Assembly: GCA_963675755.2 (NCBI GenBank) | Contig: CAXXMD010000003.1 | Location: 2,496,001 to 2,560,000, forward strand | DNA from: a bacterium | GTDB lineage: Bacteria > Zhuqueibacterota > Zhuqueibacteria > Residuimicrobiales > Krinioviventaceae | Direction: 5' to 3' | Length of the DNA: 64,000 bases | Part shown: piece by piece, positions 9,824-19,922 of the stretch | Layout of the letters: each line of letters begins with the position of its first letter | How positions within the stretch are numbered: position 1 is the stretch's first letter | Notes under the pieces: generated by a model | What the model was told of the DNA's origin: nothing | The model's input: the letters and a program-made list of their open reading frames with translations, nothing else | Databases searched by the model: none | Translations under genes and position numbers: made by a program

Positions 9824-11464
9824 TTATCTACTTCCCGTATGTTCTTCAACAACGCGTCGCAGCCATTTTACCATTAAAAAGATTGCAATGGCGGCCAGCA
9901 AAGCGCCGATAAAGTTGATAGTGAAAAAGACGGCCTTGTGGTCGTAGGTGTCCCACAGACTGGAAAGCACACCTGAAAGTTTGTTGCCAATTGCAGTTGA
10001 CAGGAACCATCCACCCATCATTAACGCGGTCAAACGCGGGGGACTGAGTTTGGATACCAGTGAAAGTCCCATAGGACTGAGGAACAACTCACCGATTGTA
10101 ATCACGCCATAAACTCCAAACAGCCATAGGGGAGAGCTCTTGACCAATCCGTTTTGAGATGCAAATACAGCCGCAATCATGATCAACGTAGACATGGCGG
10201 TAATAAAGAGACCCCAACCGATCTTGCCGGGTGTGGAAGGTTCTTTGCCCTTTTTACGCAGGAACCCGAAAAACATGACAACAACCGGAGTCAGAACGAC
10301 TACAAAAAAGGGATTCACAGATTGGAATATCTCAGTAGAGAGTAGTTTTAGACTCTTGCCTTCTTCCGGCCATTTGCTTTTTGCAAGATTGTTAAAATAA
10401 GGATGTGGACCCATTGCTGTGATGGCATGTCCGTCAGCGTCTACCATAGGAACACCGTGGGCGTCCAGTTTGGGTACTTCGCGTGGCGTTGTATCCACTT
10501 CCTGTACCATGCCAAAGGTACCTGCAACAGATTCTACAGAGGCGGGCATGCTGCGGTCAGTATAGCTTTCAGCCCAGATGGTAAGCGCAGAACCGTTTTG
10601 ATGAAAAATAGCCCAGAAAATGATCACAACTGCAAAAATAGATAAAAGTGCGGCAATAGGAGCCTTGTCTTCTTTGGAAGCGCGGAGCCACAAAGAGAGA
10701 TAAAACAGTGCTACAGGAATGCTTGCAAACAGAAACGCATCTGTAGAATCGGAACCGAAAATATTGTTGGGGATGAACCAACCCAAAACACCAGCCACAA
10801 TGGCGGGTAGAAATACGTTTGATCCAATCTTCCACAGGGGCATATCTTCTTTGGTTGCGGGTTTTAAAATATCTGCTTCTCGTACGTGTTTTTGTCCGCT
10901 CAGGAACCAGATAACACCCAGGTACATGCCAATACCGGCTGCGGCAAAAGCGTATCCCCAGCCAAAGTGGTTGCGCAAATATGCTGCAACAAAGTTACAG
11001 ACAAACGCGCCAATGTTGATACCCATATAAAAAATGTTGAATCCGGAGTCTTTGAGGGATTTGTATTTTTCAACATCATAAAGATTACCTACAAGTGTAG
11101 AAATGTTGGGTTTGAAAAATCCATTACCAATGATGATCAAAAACAAAGCGATCCAAAAAGCGGTCATGCCGGGCATTGCCAGGCCAATATAACCTGTACC
11201 CATCAACAATCCACCAATAATAATGGAGCGTCGATAACCCAGTATACGGTCAGCCAATAGCCCCCCTATAAAGGGAGAAAGATAAACCAGTGCCAGATAG
11301 GTGCCGTAAATATCTGAAGCACCTGCTCGTGACAATCCCAATCCACCGGTTGCTGTGTCACTCATGTACAAAAAGAATATACCAAGCATCAGGTAAAATC
11401 CGAAACGTTCCCACATTTCGGTAAAAAACAAGACTACCAGTCCTTTAGGGTGATTCTTGAACAT
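9824..11464 (-). CDS. POT/PTR family proton-dependent oligopeptide transporter (MFS)
   Basis: EMWERF (ExxERF), GGLLADR.LG and FYMGINIGA signatures. Confidence 0.93.
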   Translation of the reverse strand: MFKNHPKGLVVLFFTEMWERFGFYLMLGIFFLYMSDTATGGLGLSRAGASDIYGTYLALVYLSPFIGGLLADRILGYRRSIIIGGLLMGTGYIGLAMPGMTAFWIALFLIIIGNGFFKPNISTLVGNLYDVEKYKSLKDSGFNIFYMGINIGAFVCNFVAAYLRNHFGWGYAFAAAGIGMYLGVIWFLSGQKHVREADILKPATKEDMPLWKIGSNVFLPAIVAGVLGWFIPNNIFGSDSTDAFLFASIPVALFYLSLWLRASKEDKAPIAALLSIFAVVIIFWAIFHQNGSALTIWAESYTDRSMPASVESVAGTFGMVQEVDTTPREVPKLDAHGVPMVDADGHAITAMGPHPYFNNLAKSKWPEEGKSLKLLSTEIFQSVNPFFVVVLTPVVVMFFGFLRKKGKEPSTPGKIGWGLFITAMSTLIMIAAVFASQNGLVKSSPLWLFGVYGVITIGELFLSPMGLSLVSKLSPPRLTALMMGGWFLSTAIGNKLSGVLSSLWDTYDHKAVFFTINFIGALLAAIAIFLMVKWLRRVVEEHTGSR

Positions 11465-11640
11465 AAAAAAATCTCCTGCTAAATTCGTTCGTTAACAATC
11501 TTTTAATTTAATAAATTAATACAAGAATTCCAGATAATTCTTGAAGGATTGTGGTTGTTTTTGCAATTCTGTTGAAATTTCTTGCTTTCCTGCAAAAATC
11601 TTGGTTAATTATGTGCTTAACCAATGAAACGGAGGAAATA

Positions 11641-13935
11641 ATGCGTCATCTCAAACAGGTTGTTTATTTAATACTTGTTTTGGTTCTGGGAACCGGACTG
11701 TTTTCAACAGTATTCTCAAAAACAGAGATTAATGTGATTCCCAAACCTAATAAAATTGTGCAAAATAGCGGCAGTTTTACCTTGTCTGCAGATACACGGA
11801 TTGTTGCGGATAATGAACCTCAAATTCAATACTGTGTAAATTATCTGCTGGAAGGATTAAAACCTTTTCAAATTCAACCCGGAGTAGAGGCAAAACGTTC
11901 CGCAAAAAAGAACCAAATTATACTTTTGTTGTCCGGAGATAAAAGTAATGAAGCATACAGCCTTTCTATAAGTGAAAAGGGAGTTGAAATTAAGGCTGCC
12001 GATCCATCCGGTTTGTTTTACGGCGTGGTTACCTTGCTGCAGTTATTACCATCGGAAGCAAAACCCATGGCAACGGTAGAAATCCCTGCGGTAACCATTG
12101 AGGATTCGCCCCGTTTTGAATGGCGTGGTATGCATTTGGATGTGTGCCGCCATTTTTATCCTGTTGAATTTGTAAAGCGTTATATTGATCTGCTGGCAAT
12201 GCACAAGATGAATGTTTTCCATTGGCATTTAACAGAAGATCAGGGATGGCGTATTGAAATTAAAAAATATCCCAAGCTCACCGAGGTGGGCGCATGGCGG
12301 GTTGATCGCGAACACCAGCATTGGAACGACCGCACTCCACCCAATCCTGGCGAAGAGGCAACCTATGGTGGATATTATACACAGGAACAGATTAAAGATG
12401 TGATAAAGTACGCACAAGAGCGGTTTATTACAATTGTTCCCGAGATAGAAATGCCGGGTCATGCTGTGGCGGCGTTGGCATCGTATCCTGAACTTTCCTG
12501 CACCGGTGGTCCTTTTTACGTGATGCCTGGTGGGTATTGGCCTATTACCGATATCTATTGTGCAGGAAAAGAAGAGACTTTTGAATTTTTGGAGAATGTG
12601 CTTGATGAAGTCATTGCCCTTTTCCCCGGTACGTATATTCATATCGGCGGCGATGAAGCAAACAAAGCCAACTGGGAAAAATGTCCTGATTGCCAGGCAA
12701 GAATCAAGTCAGAAGGCCTCAAAGATGAAGCCGAATTGCAGAGTTATTTTATCAAACGTATTGAAAAGTATTTGATTTCTAAAAACAAACGGCTGATCGG
12801 TTGGGACGAGATTCTTGAGGGCGGGCTTGCTCCCGAGGCAACGGTTATGTCATGGCGCGGAATTGAAGGCGGTATTGAAGCCGCAAGTCAGGGACATGAT
12901 GTTGTAATGACCCCAACATCGTGGTGTTATTTTGATTATTATCAATCCAAAGATAACGAACCTTTGGCCATTGGCGGATTTTTACCTCTACGCAAAGTTT
13001 ATAATTATGATCCCGTACCGAATGAGCTTGAGCGGGCCAAGCGTAAACATGTTTTGGGCGCGCAGGGAAATATATGGACCGAGTATATGCCCAACGGTCG
13101 TCATGTAGAGTATATGGCTGTGCCTCGTATGAGCGCCATGTCTGAAGTCGTATGGACCGCTAAAAAGTTAAAAGATTGGGAGGATTTCCAATCCCGTATG
13201 CTTGCCCAATATGATCGTCTGGATGCAATGGGTGTAAATTACCATCAACCGGACATTCAGGGATATAAAGTAAGAAATGTTTTTCCGGATTCTCTGTTAG
13301 TAGAATTGTCATTTGTTCGTCCGAATGCGGTTATTCGGTATACGCTGGACGGATCTCAGCCTGGTTTGCATTCTCCGGTTTATGAAAAGCCTATTTTGAT
13401 CGATAAAGATGTAGAACTCAAATCTGCGGCATTTATCAATGATCGCTATGTCAGCAGGATCAAATGCGGATCATTTATGAAACGTGAACCTGCCCAAGCT
13501 GTTAAAGTATCGAATCCCAAAAACGGAGTGGCATATACTTATATCCCGGGTAGTATGAAAACCGTCAGGAATCTTGAAACTGTTAATTTTGTTGAATCTG
13601 GTACCCAAAAACAGGTAGCATTGCCTGATGATACCCAGGATGAGGCATATGGGTTGATCTATAAAGGTTATATTGATGTACCCAAAACCGGTTTGTATAC
13701 CTTTTATTTGACATCGAATGACGGAAGTGCCATGTACCTGAATGACGAGTTGATTATTGATCATGATGGCGAACACAGTGCAATTGATAAAGACGGATTT
13801 GCTCTTTTAGGAGCAGGAAAGCACCCATTCAAGATTTATTATTTTCAGGCGGGTGGCGGTAAAGAATTGATACTGGAATATGAAGGACCCGGTACGAAAC
13901 GACAGGTGGTGCCGGCTTCTGCATTGAGTCATTAA
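11641..13935 (+). CDS. GH20 beta-N-acetylhexosaminidase with C-terminal chitobiase/FN3-like and PA14 domains
   Basis: RGMHLDVCRH, HWHLTEDQGWR, HIGGDE catalytic pair and PA14-like SNDGS; ATG 11641 follows GGAGG. Confidence 0.92.
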   Translation: MRHLKQVVYLILVLVLGTGLFSTVFSKTEINVIPKPNKIVQNSGSFTLSADTRIVADNEPQIQYCVNYLLEGLKPFQIQPGVEAKRSAKKNQIILLLSGDKSNEAYSLSISEKGVEIKAADPSGLFYGVVTLLQLLPSEAKPMATVEIPAVTIEDSPRFEWRGMHLDVCRHFYPVEFVKRYIDLLAMHKMNVFHWHLTEDQGWRIEIKKYPKLTEVGAWRVDREHQHWNDRTPPNPGEEATYGGYYTQEQIKDVIKYAQERFITIVPEIEMPGHAVAALASYPELSCTGGPFYVMPGGYWPITDIYCAGKEETFEFLENVLDEVIALFPGTYIHIGGDEANKANWEKCPDCQARIKSEGLKDEAELQSYFIKRIEKYLISKNKRLIGWDEILEGGLAPEATVMSWRGIEGGIEAASQGHDVVMTPTSWCYFDYYQSKDNEPLAIGGFLPLRKVYNYDPVPNELERAKRKHVLGAQGNIWTEYMPNGRHVEYMAVPRMSAMSEVVWTAKKLKDWEDFQSRMLAQYDRLDAMGVNYHQPDIQGYKVRNVFPDSLLVELSFVRPNAVIRYTLDGSQPGLHSPVYEKPILIDKDVELKSAAFINDRYVSRIKCGSFMKREPAQAVKVSNPKNGVAYTYIPGSMKTVRNLETVNFVESGTQKQVALPDDTQDEAYGLIYKGYIDVPKTGLYTFYLTSNDGSAMYLNDELIIDHDGEHSAIDKDGFALLGAGKHPFKIYYFQAGGGKELILEYEGPGTKRQVVPASALSH

Positions 13936-13945
13936 TTGTAAATAC

Positions 13946-13973
13946 ATGCCCCAGGTAAAATTGGGGCATTTTT
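13946..13973 (+). terminator. Intrinsic terminator
   Basis: ATGCCCCA/TGGGGCAT stem followed by a T-run. Confidence 0.65.
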
Positions 13974-13983
13974 AATTCAAGGA

Positions 13984-14676
13984 TTGGATATAATGCAAAA
14001 TCAGAACAGGATTGATATTTTTTCTTTTAAAGCTGTAATATTTGACATGGATGGCGTGATTGTAGATTCCGAAGGGATGCATTTTAAAACCATGCAGGAC
14101 GTATTTGCAAAAGAAGGTGTGAATCTGGAGTATGACCATTTTATGGATATTGTGGGGCACACAACAACTCGCAATATTCAGGATATTAACAAGTGGTTTG
14201 ACCGGGACTTTGATCCCCCCGAGATGGTGAAAAAACTGCATGATGCTTTTGCAAATGAACTGGATGAAAATGGAATGGATGCACAACCCGGATTTTTCGA
14301 TCTGGTTGATCAGCTAAAATCCAGAGATATACCTATCGCTTTGTGTACGTCGTCATCCCGTGACGAAGCCGAGTATATGTTTAAAGTTATTCTAAGCAAC
14401 CATCCCGAGTATGTCACACTGTATGATATTTTTGATACCAGTGTTACGGGGCGGGATATAAAAAATCGCAAGCCGCACCCGGATCCTTATTTAAAAGCAA
14501 TGGAGGGCCTGGGGAAAAAGCCCGGAGACTGCCTGGTGTTTGAGGATTCATCGTTGGGTATAGCCTCTGCCAAAGACGCAGGCTGTGGGATGTGCATTGC
14601 CCTGCGGCATCCCTATAATGTTAATGGCATTGGACGCGCGGATTTTGTGATTGATTCGCTGTTGGAGGTGTTGTAG
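13984..14676 (+). CDS. HAD-family phosphatase (beta-PGM/CbbY-like), paralog 1
   Basis: FDMDGV, CTSS, KPHPDPY and FEDS motifs. Confidence 0.88.
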   Translation: MDIMQNQNRIDIFSFKAVIFDMDGVIVDSEGMHFKTMQDVFAKEGVNLEYDHFMDIVGHTTTRNIQDINKWFDRDFDPPEMVKKLHDAFANELDENGMDAQPGFFDLVDQLKSRDIPIALCTSSSRDEAEYMFKVILSNHPEYVTLYDIFDTSVTGRDIKNRKPHPDPYLKAMEGLGKKPGDCLVFEDSSLGIASAKDAGCGMCIALRHPYNVNGIGRADFVIDSLLEVL

Positions 14677-14695
14677 ATTTTTTTGCTTGCCGGGG

Positions 14696-14720
14696 GGAAC
14701 ATTTTATATCTTTTTCCGTA
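14696..14720 (+). promoter_or_regulatory. ECF sigma-type promoter
   Basis: GGAAC-N16-CGTA(ATA), matching the AAC/CGT ECF consensus. Confidence 0.6.
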
Positions 14721-14725
14721 ATATA

Positions 14726-14815
14726 ACAATATTTTTATAAACCCAAAGATGGGTTTTATTGATTGCTTTTCCGGTTGTTACAGAACCACCAGCACCGGAG
14801 AAAATATTTTTTTAT
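14726..14815 (+). ncRNA. Candidate two-hairpin small RNA or structured leader
   Basis: AAACCC-AAAGAT-GGGTTT hairpin, TCCGGT...ACCGGA hairpin and T-run, directly after the ECF-type promoter; ends approximate. Confidence 0.4.
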
Positions 14816-14860
14816 TATATGTATTGTTTTAACTGTATAAGCGGATGAAATGGAGACGAT

Positions 14861-15550
14861 ATGGAAAATACAAGCAGCGTTACAGTAGATTTGCTGTCTT
14901 TTCAGGCAGTTATTTTTGACATGGATGGGGTTGTTGTTGATACTGAACGTGTACATTTTGACACGACACGAAATGTATTCAAGGAATTGGGTATAATTCT
15001 TACTGATGAGCATTATGCCAACTTTGTGGGGCATACTACCAATATTAAAATTCAAAATATCATTAACGAGTTTGGCTTTGAATTGGATATTCCCTTTTAT
15101 GTAAAGGAATTACGTAAAGCATTTGAAGATCGGTTGGAGAATTATGGAGCAGATGCACGGCCCGGCTTTTTTAACCTGGTCAAGTATTTAAAGGAAAACC
15201 GAGTCAGTACTGCTTTATGTACTTCATCTACACGAGATGAAGCCGAATATATGTTTGAAAAGATATTGAGAAACCACCCGGAATATGATTCAATGGATGA
15301 AATCTTTGATATCGTCATTACGGCTGATGATGTGACACATCGCAAGCCGCACCCGGAGCCCTATTTAAAAGCCATTAAAGGCATTGGCGCAATTGCATCT
15401 GATTGCCTGGTTTTTGAGGATACCGCAACGGGGATCACTGCCGCCAAAGACGCGGGCTGCGGTGTGTGCATTGCCTTGAACCATCCCTATAATGTGAACA
15501 AGCTGGCACAAGCGGACTGGACAATTGATTCGCTTGAAGAGATGTTGTAA
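14861..15550 (+). CDS. HAD-family phosphatase, paralog 2
   Basis: Same motifs and near-identical blocks (RDEAEYMF, NHPEY, AKDAGCG) as 13984-14676. Confidence 0.88.
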   Translation: MENTSSVTVDLLSFQAVIFDMDGVVVDTERVHFDTTRNVFKELGIILTDEHYANFVGHTTNIKIQNIINEFGFELDIPFYVKELRKAFEDRLENYGADARPGFFNLVKYLKENRVSTALCTSSTRDEAEYMFEKILRNHPEYDSMDEIFDIVITADDVTHRKPHPEPYLKAIKGIGAIASDCLVFEDTATGITAAKDAGCGVCIALNHPYNVNKLAQADWTIDSLEEML

Positions 15551-15551
15551 G

Positions 15552-18407
15552 CTAGATCACCGTCCATCTGATGAGGAACAGTTCTTTTGCTTCGAATTCA
15601 TGGTGCATTCGCTGATGGATCTTTTCGATCAATTTATCGCGTTTGGCCATGATTTCATCTTCCACATCAAACAGATGTTGGCGTTTCACCCGTTTTTCAA
15701 TTTCCTGACTCTTGATCTCTACCTGCAACTGGTGCTGGCGCAGGGTATCCTGCGTCATGCGTGATTCACGACTCAATGATTTGATTTTCACCTTTATATC
15801 TTTGAGTGCACGTTCCGCGCCAATGACCATGTCGTCAGCCCAGGAATCCAGCTTGTCGCATTCCTGCGCGAAAAAGCTGTTGTTGAGATTGACAGATTCT
15901 CTGACTTTTTTCTGAATAGAGTCACGTGCGCTGATCTCAATGTGGCGTTTAACCTCGGGCGGAATTTCTTTTAACCGTGATGACGCTGCCCGTAATAAAA
16001 AGAATTTCTCACAAATATCAGGATCAATGGTTTTGCCCGCTTCGGTCAAACCCGTCCAGATGAGGTATTCCTCCGGTTCAAAGGATTGTACCTGCAAGAG
16101 GTGCAGGGCTATCCAGCCGGATTTGCCTCTGAGACGTTCAATAACCGAGATTTTTTTCGGGTGGTTGGTAATATCAAAATACAATTGTGATGGGGGAGTC
16201 TCGCCGTTTTTACCCGCGGCCAGCACAAATTCTCCCAACGGATGGGACAAACGATACAGAAATTCGCCGCTGGTATTGCTGCGGGTTTTGGAGATCATTT
16301 GGTAGTTACCCGGTTTAACCGATTCCAAAGGAGATTTGGACAGGTTGAATTTCAAAGAGTCATCAAAAAAACGGGCGTTCTGGTTCAGGATGAATTTGCT
16401 CAAATCCCAGAAATACGAGCCATATCTGTCCAATTGTTCCCGCGCGTTTTCCAATTGCATTTTGAAACGGGCATGGACCTCTTCGTCAAAATGCTCCAGC
16501 AGGGTACGGCGGGTATCGGCCATCTTGTCCTGGATCAGTTCGTCCAGTTCCAGTCGTAACTGGGAAAAGGCCTCTTCAATCTCTTCGGTGCTGCGGCATT
16601 GATCATAAATGTTGTGAATGCGTCTTTCAAAATCCACTCCGGAATCGAGATTGCCCAATACCTCATCCGATGCGCCAAAAACACCTTCAAACAGGCTGAA
16701 TTTTTTATCCAGTAATTCGTATACCCGACAATCGGTTTCGTTGCGTTTGTTGAGAAAATTGATTACCACAACATCAAATTTCTGACCGTAACGGTGACAG
16801 CGGCCAATACGCTGTTCAATGCGTTGGGGATTCCAGGGCAGATCGTAATTGATGAGCAGTGAGCAGAATTGCAGGTTAATACCTTCAGCAGCCGCTTCGG
16901 TGGCGATCATGATCTCGCCATGATCGCGAAAATATTCTACAATAGCGGTGCGCATATCCACAGCCCGGGAGCCGGCTACACGACCTGAATCTTTGTTCTT
17001 TTCCAGCCATTCTTTATAGACCTTGTTTGAGATATCGTCATTGTTGGTTCCGTTAAAGAGAATGATCTTGTCTTTGAATCCGTTTTCAGACAGAAACTGT
17101 ACCAGGTATTCCTGAGTGCGACGGGATTCCGTAAAGATAATGGCTTTGCGCAATGCTTTCATTTTGGCAAGTTCTTTGAATCCGGTATCCAGCGCTTGCA
17201 GCAGGGTTTTGGCCTTGGTGTCGGTAGCGAGACTGTTGGCATAAATAATAAGAGAATCGAGCTCTTTGATTTCATCCGCAATTTTAACGGGATCAAATTC
17301 AAGTTTTTTACCGCCATTGCGTTTTGCGCCCGCTTCGTCCAGAATGTCTTCTTCCAGATCGTCATTCACAAACATCTGGTCAAGCCATTCCGAATCTTTG
17401 ATGGTTTCACCGGCCAGTAATGCTTTCAGACGGTTCCTCATTAATCCCAGTGTGCCCGAGATTGCATAAATGGAAGACGCCAAAATTTTGCGCAATACCA
17501 GGGTCATTAAATGCCGCTGGGCGTGAGGGATTGAGTAGGTGTCTTCACGCGCGATAAATTCAGATATATGGTCATAAAGCTGATGCTCATTGTCCGTGGG
17601 TTCGTACGGCAGAGTGAGCGTTCTGCGCTTGGTATAACGGATGTACTCTGTTACCTGGTTGCGCAGGGTGCGTTTGCAGAATCGTTCCAGACGAACAGCA
17701 AGTTCTTCGCTGCCACCGGCCTTGTTAATAAACTGGGCGCGAAAGGCTTCGGGATCGCCAAAAATATGCTCGTCAATGAATGTTGAAAGTCCATACAGCT
17801 CCATGAGTGAATTCTGCAATGGAGTTGCTGTCAGTAATACTTTGTTTTTGCCATCAAGCGCCCAGCGCAGTTCATGCGCCATTTTGTTCTTGGGCTTGTA
17901 GACATTACGGAGCTTGTGGGCCTCGTCAATAACCACCATGTCCCAGTCGATTGTGCGCAGTTTTACGCCATAGCGGCTGGCAAAGTGAACAGAGGCGATT
18001 ACAATTAGATCATTATCAAAGGGATTGGGGTTGCCTTTGGCTTTGATCTGTTTATAGGAGCGGGCATCGAGAACCATATTGGGAAGATGGAATTTTTCCA
18101 TCAGCTCGATACTCCATTGTTTACGCAGTGCGGCGGGACTAATGATCAATAATTTGCGTTTTCGTTCCGCCCAGAGCTGACACAATAAAAGTCCGGCTTC
18201 GATGGTTTTACCCAGCCCCACCTCGTCCGCCAGAATAGCGCCTTTGGCCAGGGGAGAGCGCATACCAAACAGCGCTGCTTCAATCTGGTGCGGGTTCAAG
18301 TCGATGCAGGCATCGAAAAGCGAGTGGGTAAGTTTCTGGATGCTGCCCGCGTTGTGTTGTAGTGATAATTCGTGCGCGAAAAATTTCGCATGGAATGGTG
18401 TAGACAT
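15552..18407 (-). CDS. SNF2-family helicase/ATPase (RapA/DrmD-like) with C-terminal coiled coil
   Basis: DEVGLGKT, DEAH, TATP and QRIGRCHRYGQ; AAGGAG RBS. Confidence 0.9.
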   Translation of the reverse strand: MSTPFHAKFFAHELSLQHNAGSIQKLTHSLFDACIDLNPHQIEAALFGMRSPLAKGAILADEVGLGKTIEAGLLLCQLWAERKRKLLIISPAALRKQWSIELMEKFHLPNMVLDARSYKQIKAKGNPNPFDNDLIVIASVHFASRYGVKLRTIDWDMVVIDEAHKLRNVYKPKNKMAHELRWALDGKNKVLLTATPLQNSLMELYGLSTFIDEHIFGDPEAFRAQFINKAGGSEELAVRLERFCKRTLRNQVTEYIRYTKRRTLTLPYEPTDNEHQLYDHISEFIAREDTYSIPHAQRHLMTLVLRKILASSIYAISGTLGLMRNRLKALLAGETIKDSEWLDQMFVNDDLEEDILDEAGAKRNGGKKLEFDPVKIADEIKELDSLIIYANSLATDTKAKTLLQALDTGFKELAKMKALRKAIIFTESRRTQEYLVQFLSENGFKDKIILFNGTNNDDISNKVYKEWLEKNKDSGRVAGSRAVDMRTAIVEYFRDHGEIMIATEAAAEGINLQFCSLLINYDLPWNPQRIEQRIGRCHRYGQKFDVVVINFLNKRNETDCRVYELLDKKFSLFEGVFGASDEVLGNLDSGVDFERRIHNIYDQCRSTEEIEEAFSQLRLELDELIQDKMADTRRTLLEHFDEEVHARFKMQLENAREQLDRYGSYFWDLSKFILNQNARFFDDSLKFNLSKSPLESVKPGNYQMISKTRSNTSGEFLYRLSHPLGEFVLAAGKNGETPPSQLYFDITNHPKKISVIERLRGKSGWIALHLLQVQSFEPEEYLIWTGLTEAGKTIDPDICEKFFLLRAASSRLKEIPPEVKRHIEISARDSIQKKVRESVNLNNSFFAQECDKLDSWADDMVIGAERALKDIKVKIKSLSRESRMTQDTLRQHQLQVEIKSQEIEKRVKRQHLFDVEDEIMAKRDKLIEKIHQRMHHEFEAKELFLIRWTVI

Positions 18408-18496
18408 GAAACTCCTTATTTCTCCTGAAAACGCAAAGATAATAATATACGGAAATTTTCGTCGATTGCAAAGATTGAATTGTAAAAAATAGGTCA

Positions 18497-18543
18497 GTCC
18501 CTGAGTGTGATCCGCCGGTAGACGGAGAACGTATCGAAGGGAC
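18497..18543 (-). repeat. REP-like element, same family as 218-271
   Basis: Minus strand reads GTCCCTTCGATACG-[hairpin]-CACTCAGGGAC. Confidence 0.65.
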
Positions 18544-18655
18544 GAGGGCTTTTTGTCCCTCGGGAGGATTGGATAAGGATGAACAATTCAAAATCATTTC
18601 ATTTTGCAGGGAAAACAATTATATTCAGAAAATAATTCAAATCCGGGAAAATGAA

Positions 18656-19390
18656 ATGAAAAATCATATCGCATTTGTTTGTACTTTGCTGATTCTTTCC
18701 GCATCCTTTTACTGCCTTGCTAACGAAAGCCAAACCGGCGGCATTACAGAAAAGTCCGTTTATTTTGCAGATATTGACTCTTTAATGCAGGTCAAATGGC
18801 CGGATAACCGTACCATAACGATTGTTTGTCATGGTCACAGTGTGCCTGCCGGTTATTTTGAAACTCCCTTTGTGGATACTTTTAACGCGTATCCGCATCT
18901 TTGGCACCGGGCGTTAAAGGAACGCTATCCCTTTGCGGTGATCAATGTCATTGTAACCGGTATTGGTGGTGAGGATGCCGAACGCGGGGCCAATCGCTTT
19001 GAACAGGATGTGCTGACACATCATCCCGATATTATTACAATTGATTATGTATTGAATGACAGGGGGCTAGGGTTGGAAAAAGCCAGGCAGGCGTGGGAGT
19101 CTATGATTGCCACTGCGCAGGCACACAACATCAAGGTGATTTTATTGACACCTACTGTAGATAAAGGTTCGGATATGAACGACGCCACTGATCCTTTGAA
19201 CCAGCACGCACAACAGGTGCGGGATTTGGCGGAGAAATACCATGTTGCGTTGGTGGATAGTTATGCCGCGTTTAAAGCGTATGTTCAAAATGGCGGGCAA
19301 CTGGACGATCTCATGTCTCAGGTAAACCATCCCAATCGCAATGGACATGACCTGGTTGTCAAGGCATTGATGGAGTGGTTTCCGGAATAG
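18656..19390 (+). CDS. Secreted SGNH/GDSL hydrolase
   Basis: Signal peptide, block I GHS, LND and NHPN; ATG 18656 preferred. Confidence 0.82.
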   Translation: MKNHIAFVCTLLILSASFYCLANESQTGGITEKSVYFADIDSLMQVKWPDNRTITIVCHGHSVPAGYFETPFVDTFNAYPHLWHRALKERYPFAVINVIVTGIGGEDAERGANRFEQDVLTHHPDIITIDYVLNDRGLGLEKARQAWESMIATAQAHNIKVILLTPTVDKGSDMNDATDPLNQHAQQVRDLAEKYHVALVDSYAAFKAYVQNGGQLDDLMSQVNHPNRNGHDLVVKALMEWFPE

Positions 19391-19537
19391 TTTTGTATAT
19401 ATTGTATCACGTGATTGTTGAAAAAAGTTATAAATTTAAAAAATAACAATTCATCGTCCTAAACTCTCATTTTGTGTAAAATGAATTAAATTTAAACAAT
19501 AAAAATTTTGTTGAGCTTGAGACAAGTCAGAATGGTG

Positions 19538-19730
19538 TGGAGTGCATTACCTTTATGTAATGCGGGCCGTCGTAGACGGCCATAATAAAAACATATTCAT
19601 ATAATAATATTGAACTTTTCATATTACTATGGTTTAAAATATTGGACAATTAAGTCTAATCTATATCGAACCTTCGGTCCGATGCGGCGTCAGCCGGTTG
19701 GCGGACAAGCTATAAAGGCGCCGCACTCCA
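19538..19730. mobile_element. REPIN/MITE-like element with terminal inverted repeats
   Basis: Left TGGAGTGC-ATTA-CCTTTAT versus right (reverse complement) TGGAGTGC-GGCG-CCTTTAT; each arm forms its own hairpin; AT-rich interior with no ORF. Confidence 0.55.
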
Positions 19731-19922
19731 AAAACACAATTATTATTTAATTTTCACACAGACTGCCAATTTGGTAAGGAGAATTTATGGGTTTTTCTAT
19801 AGATCGAGTTACCTCCGGGAGGTGAGTTCAGCGTTTTTACTTGAAAAAATTGCTTGATTGTTTGTGCGGTATTGGCTTAATTATAAAAATCAATTGTAAT
19901 CAATGGGGATTCAGGGGAGCGC

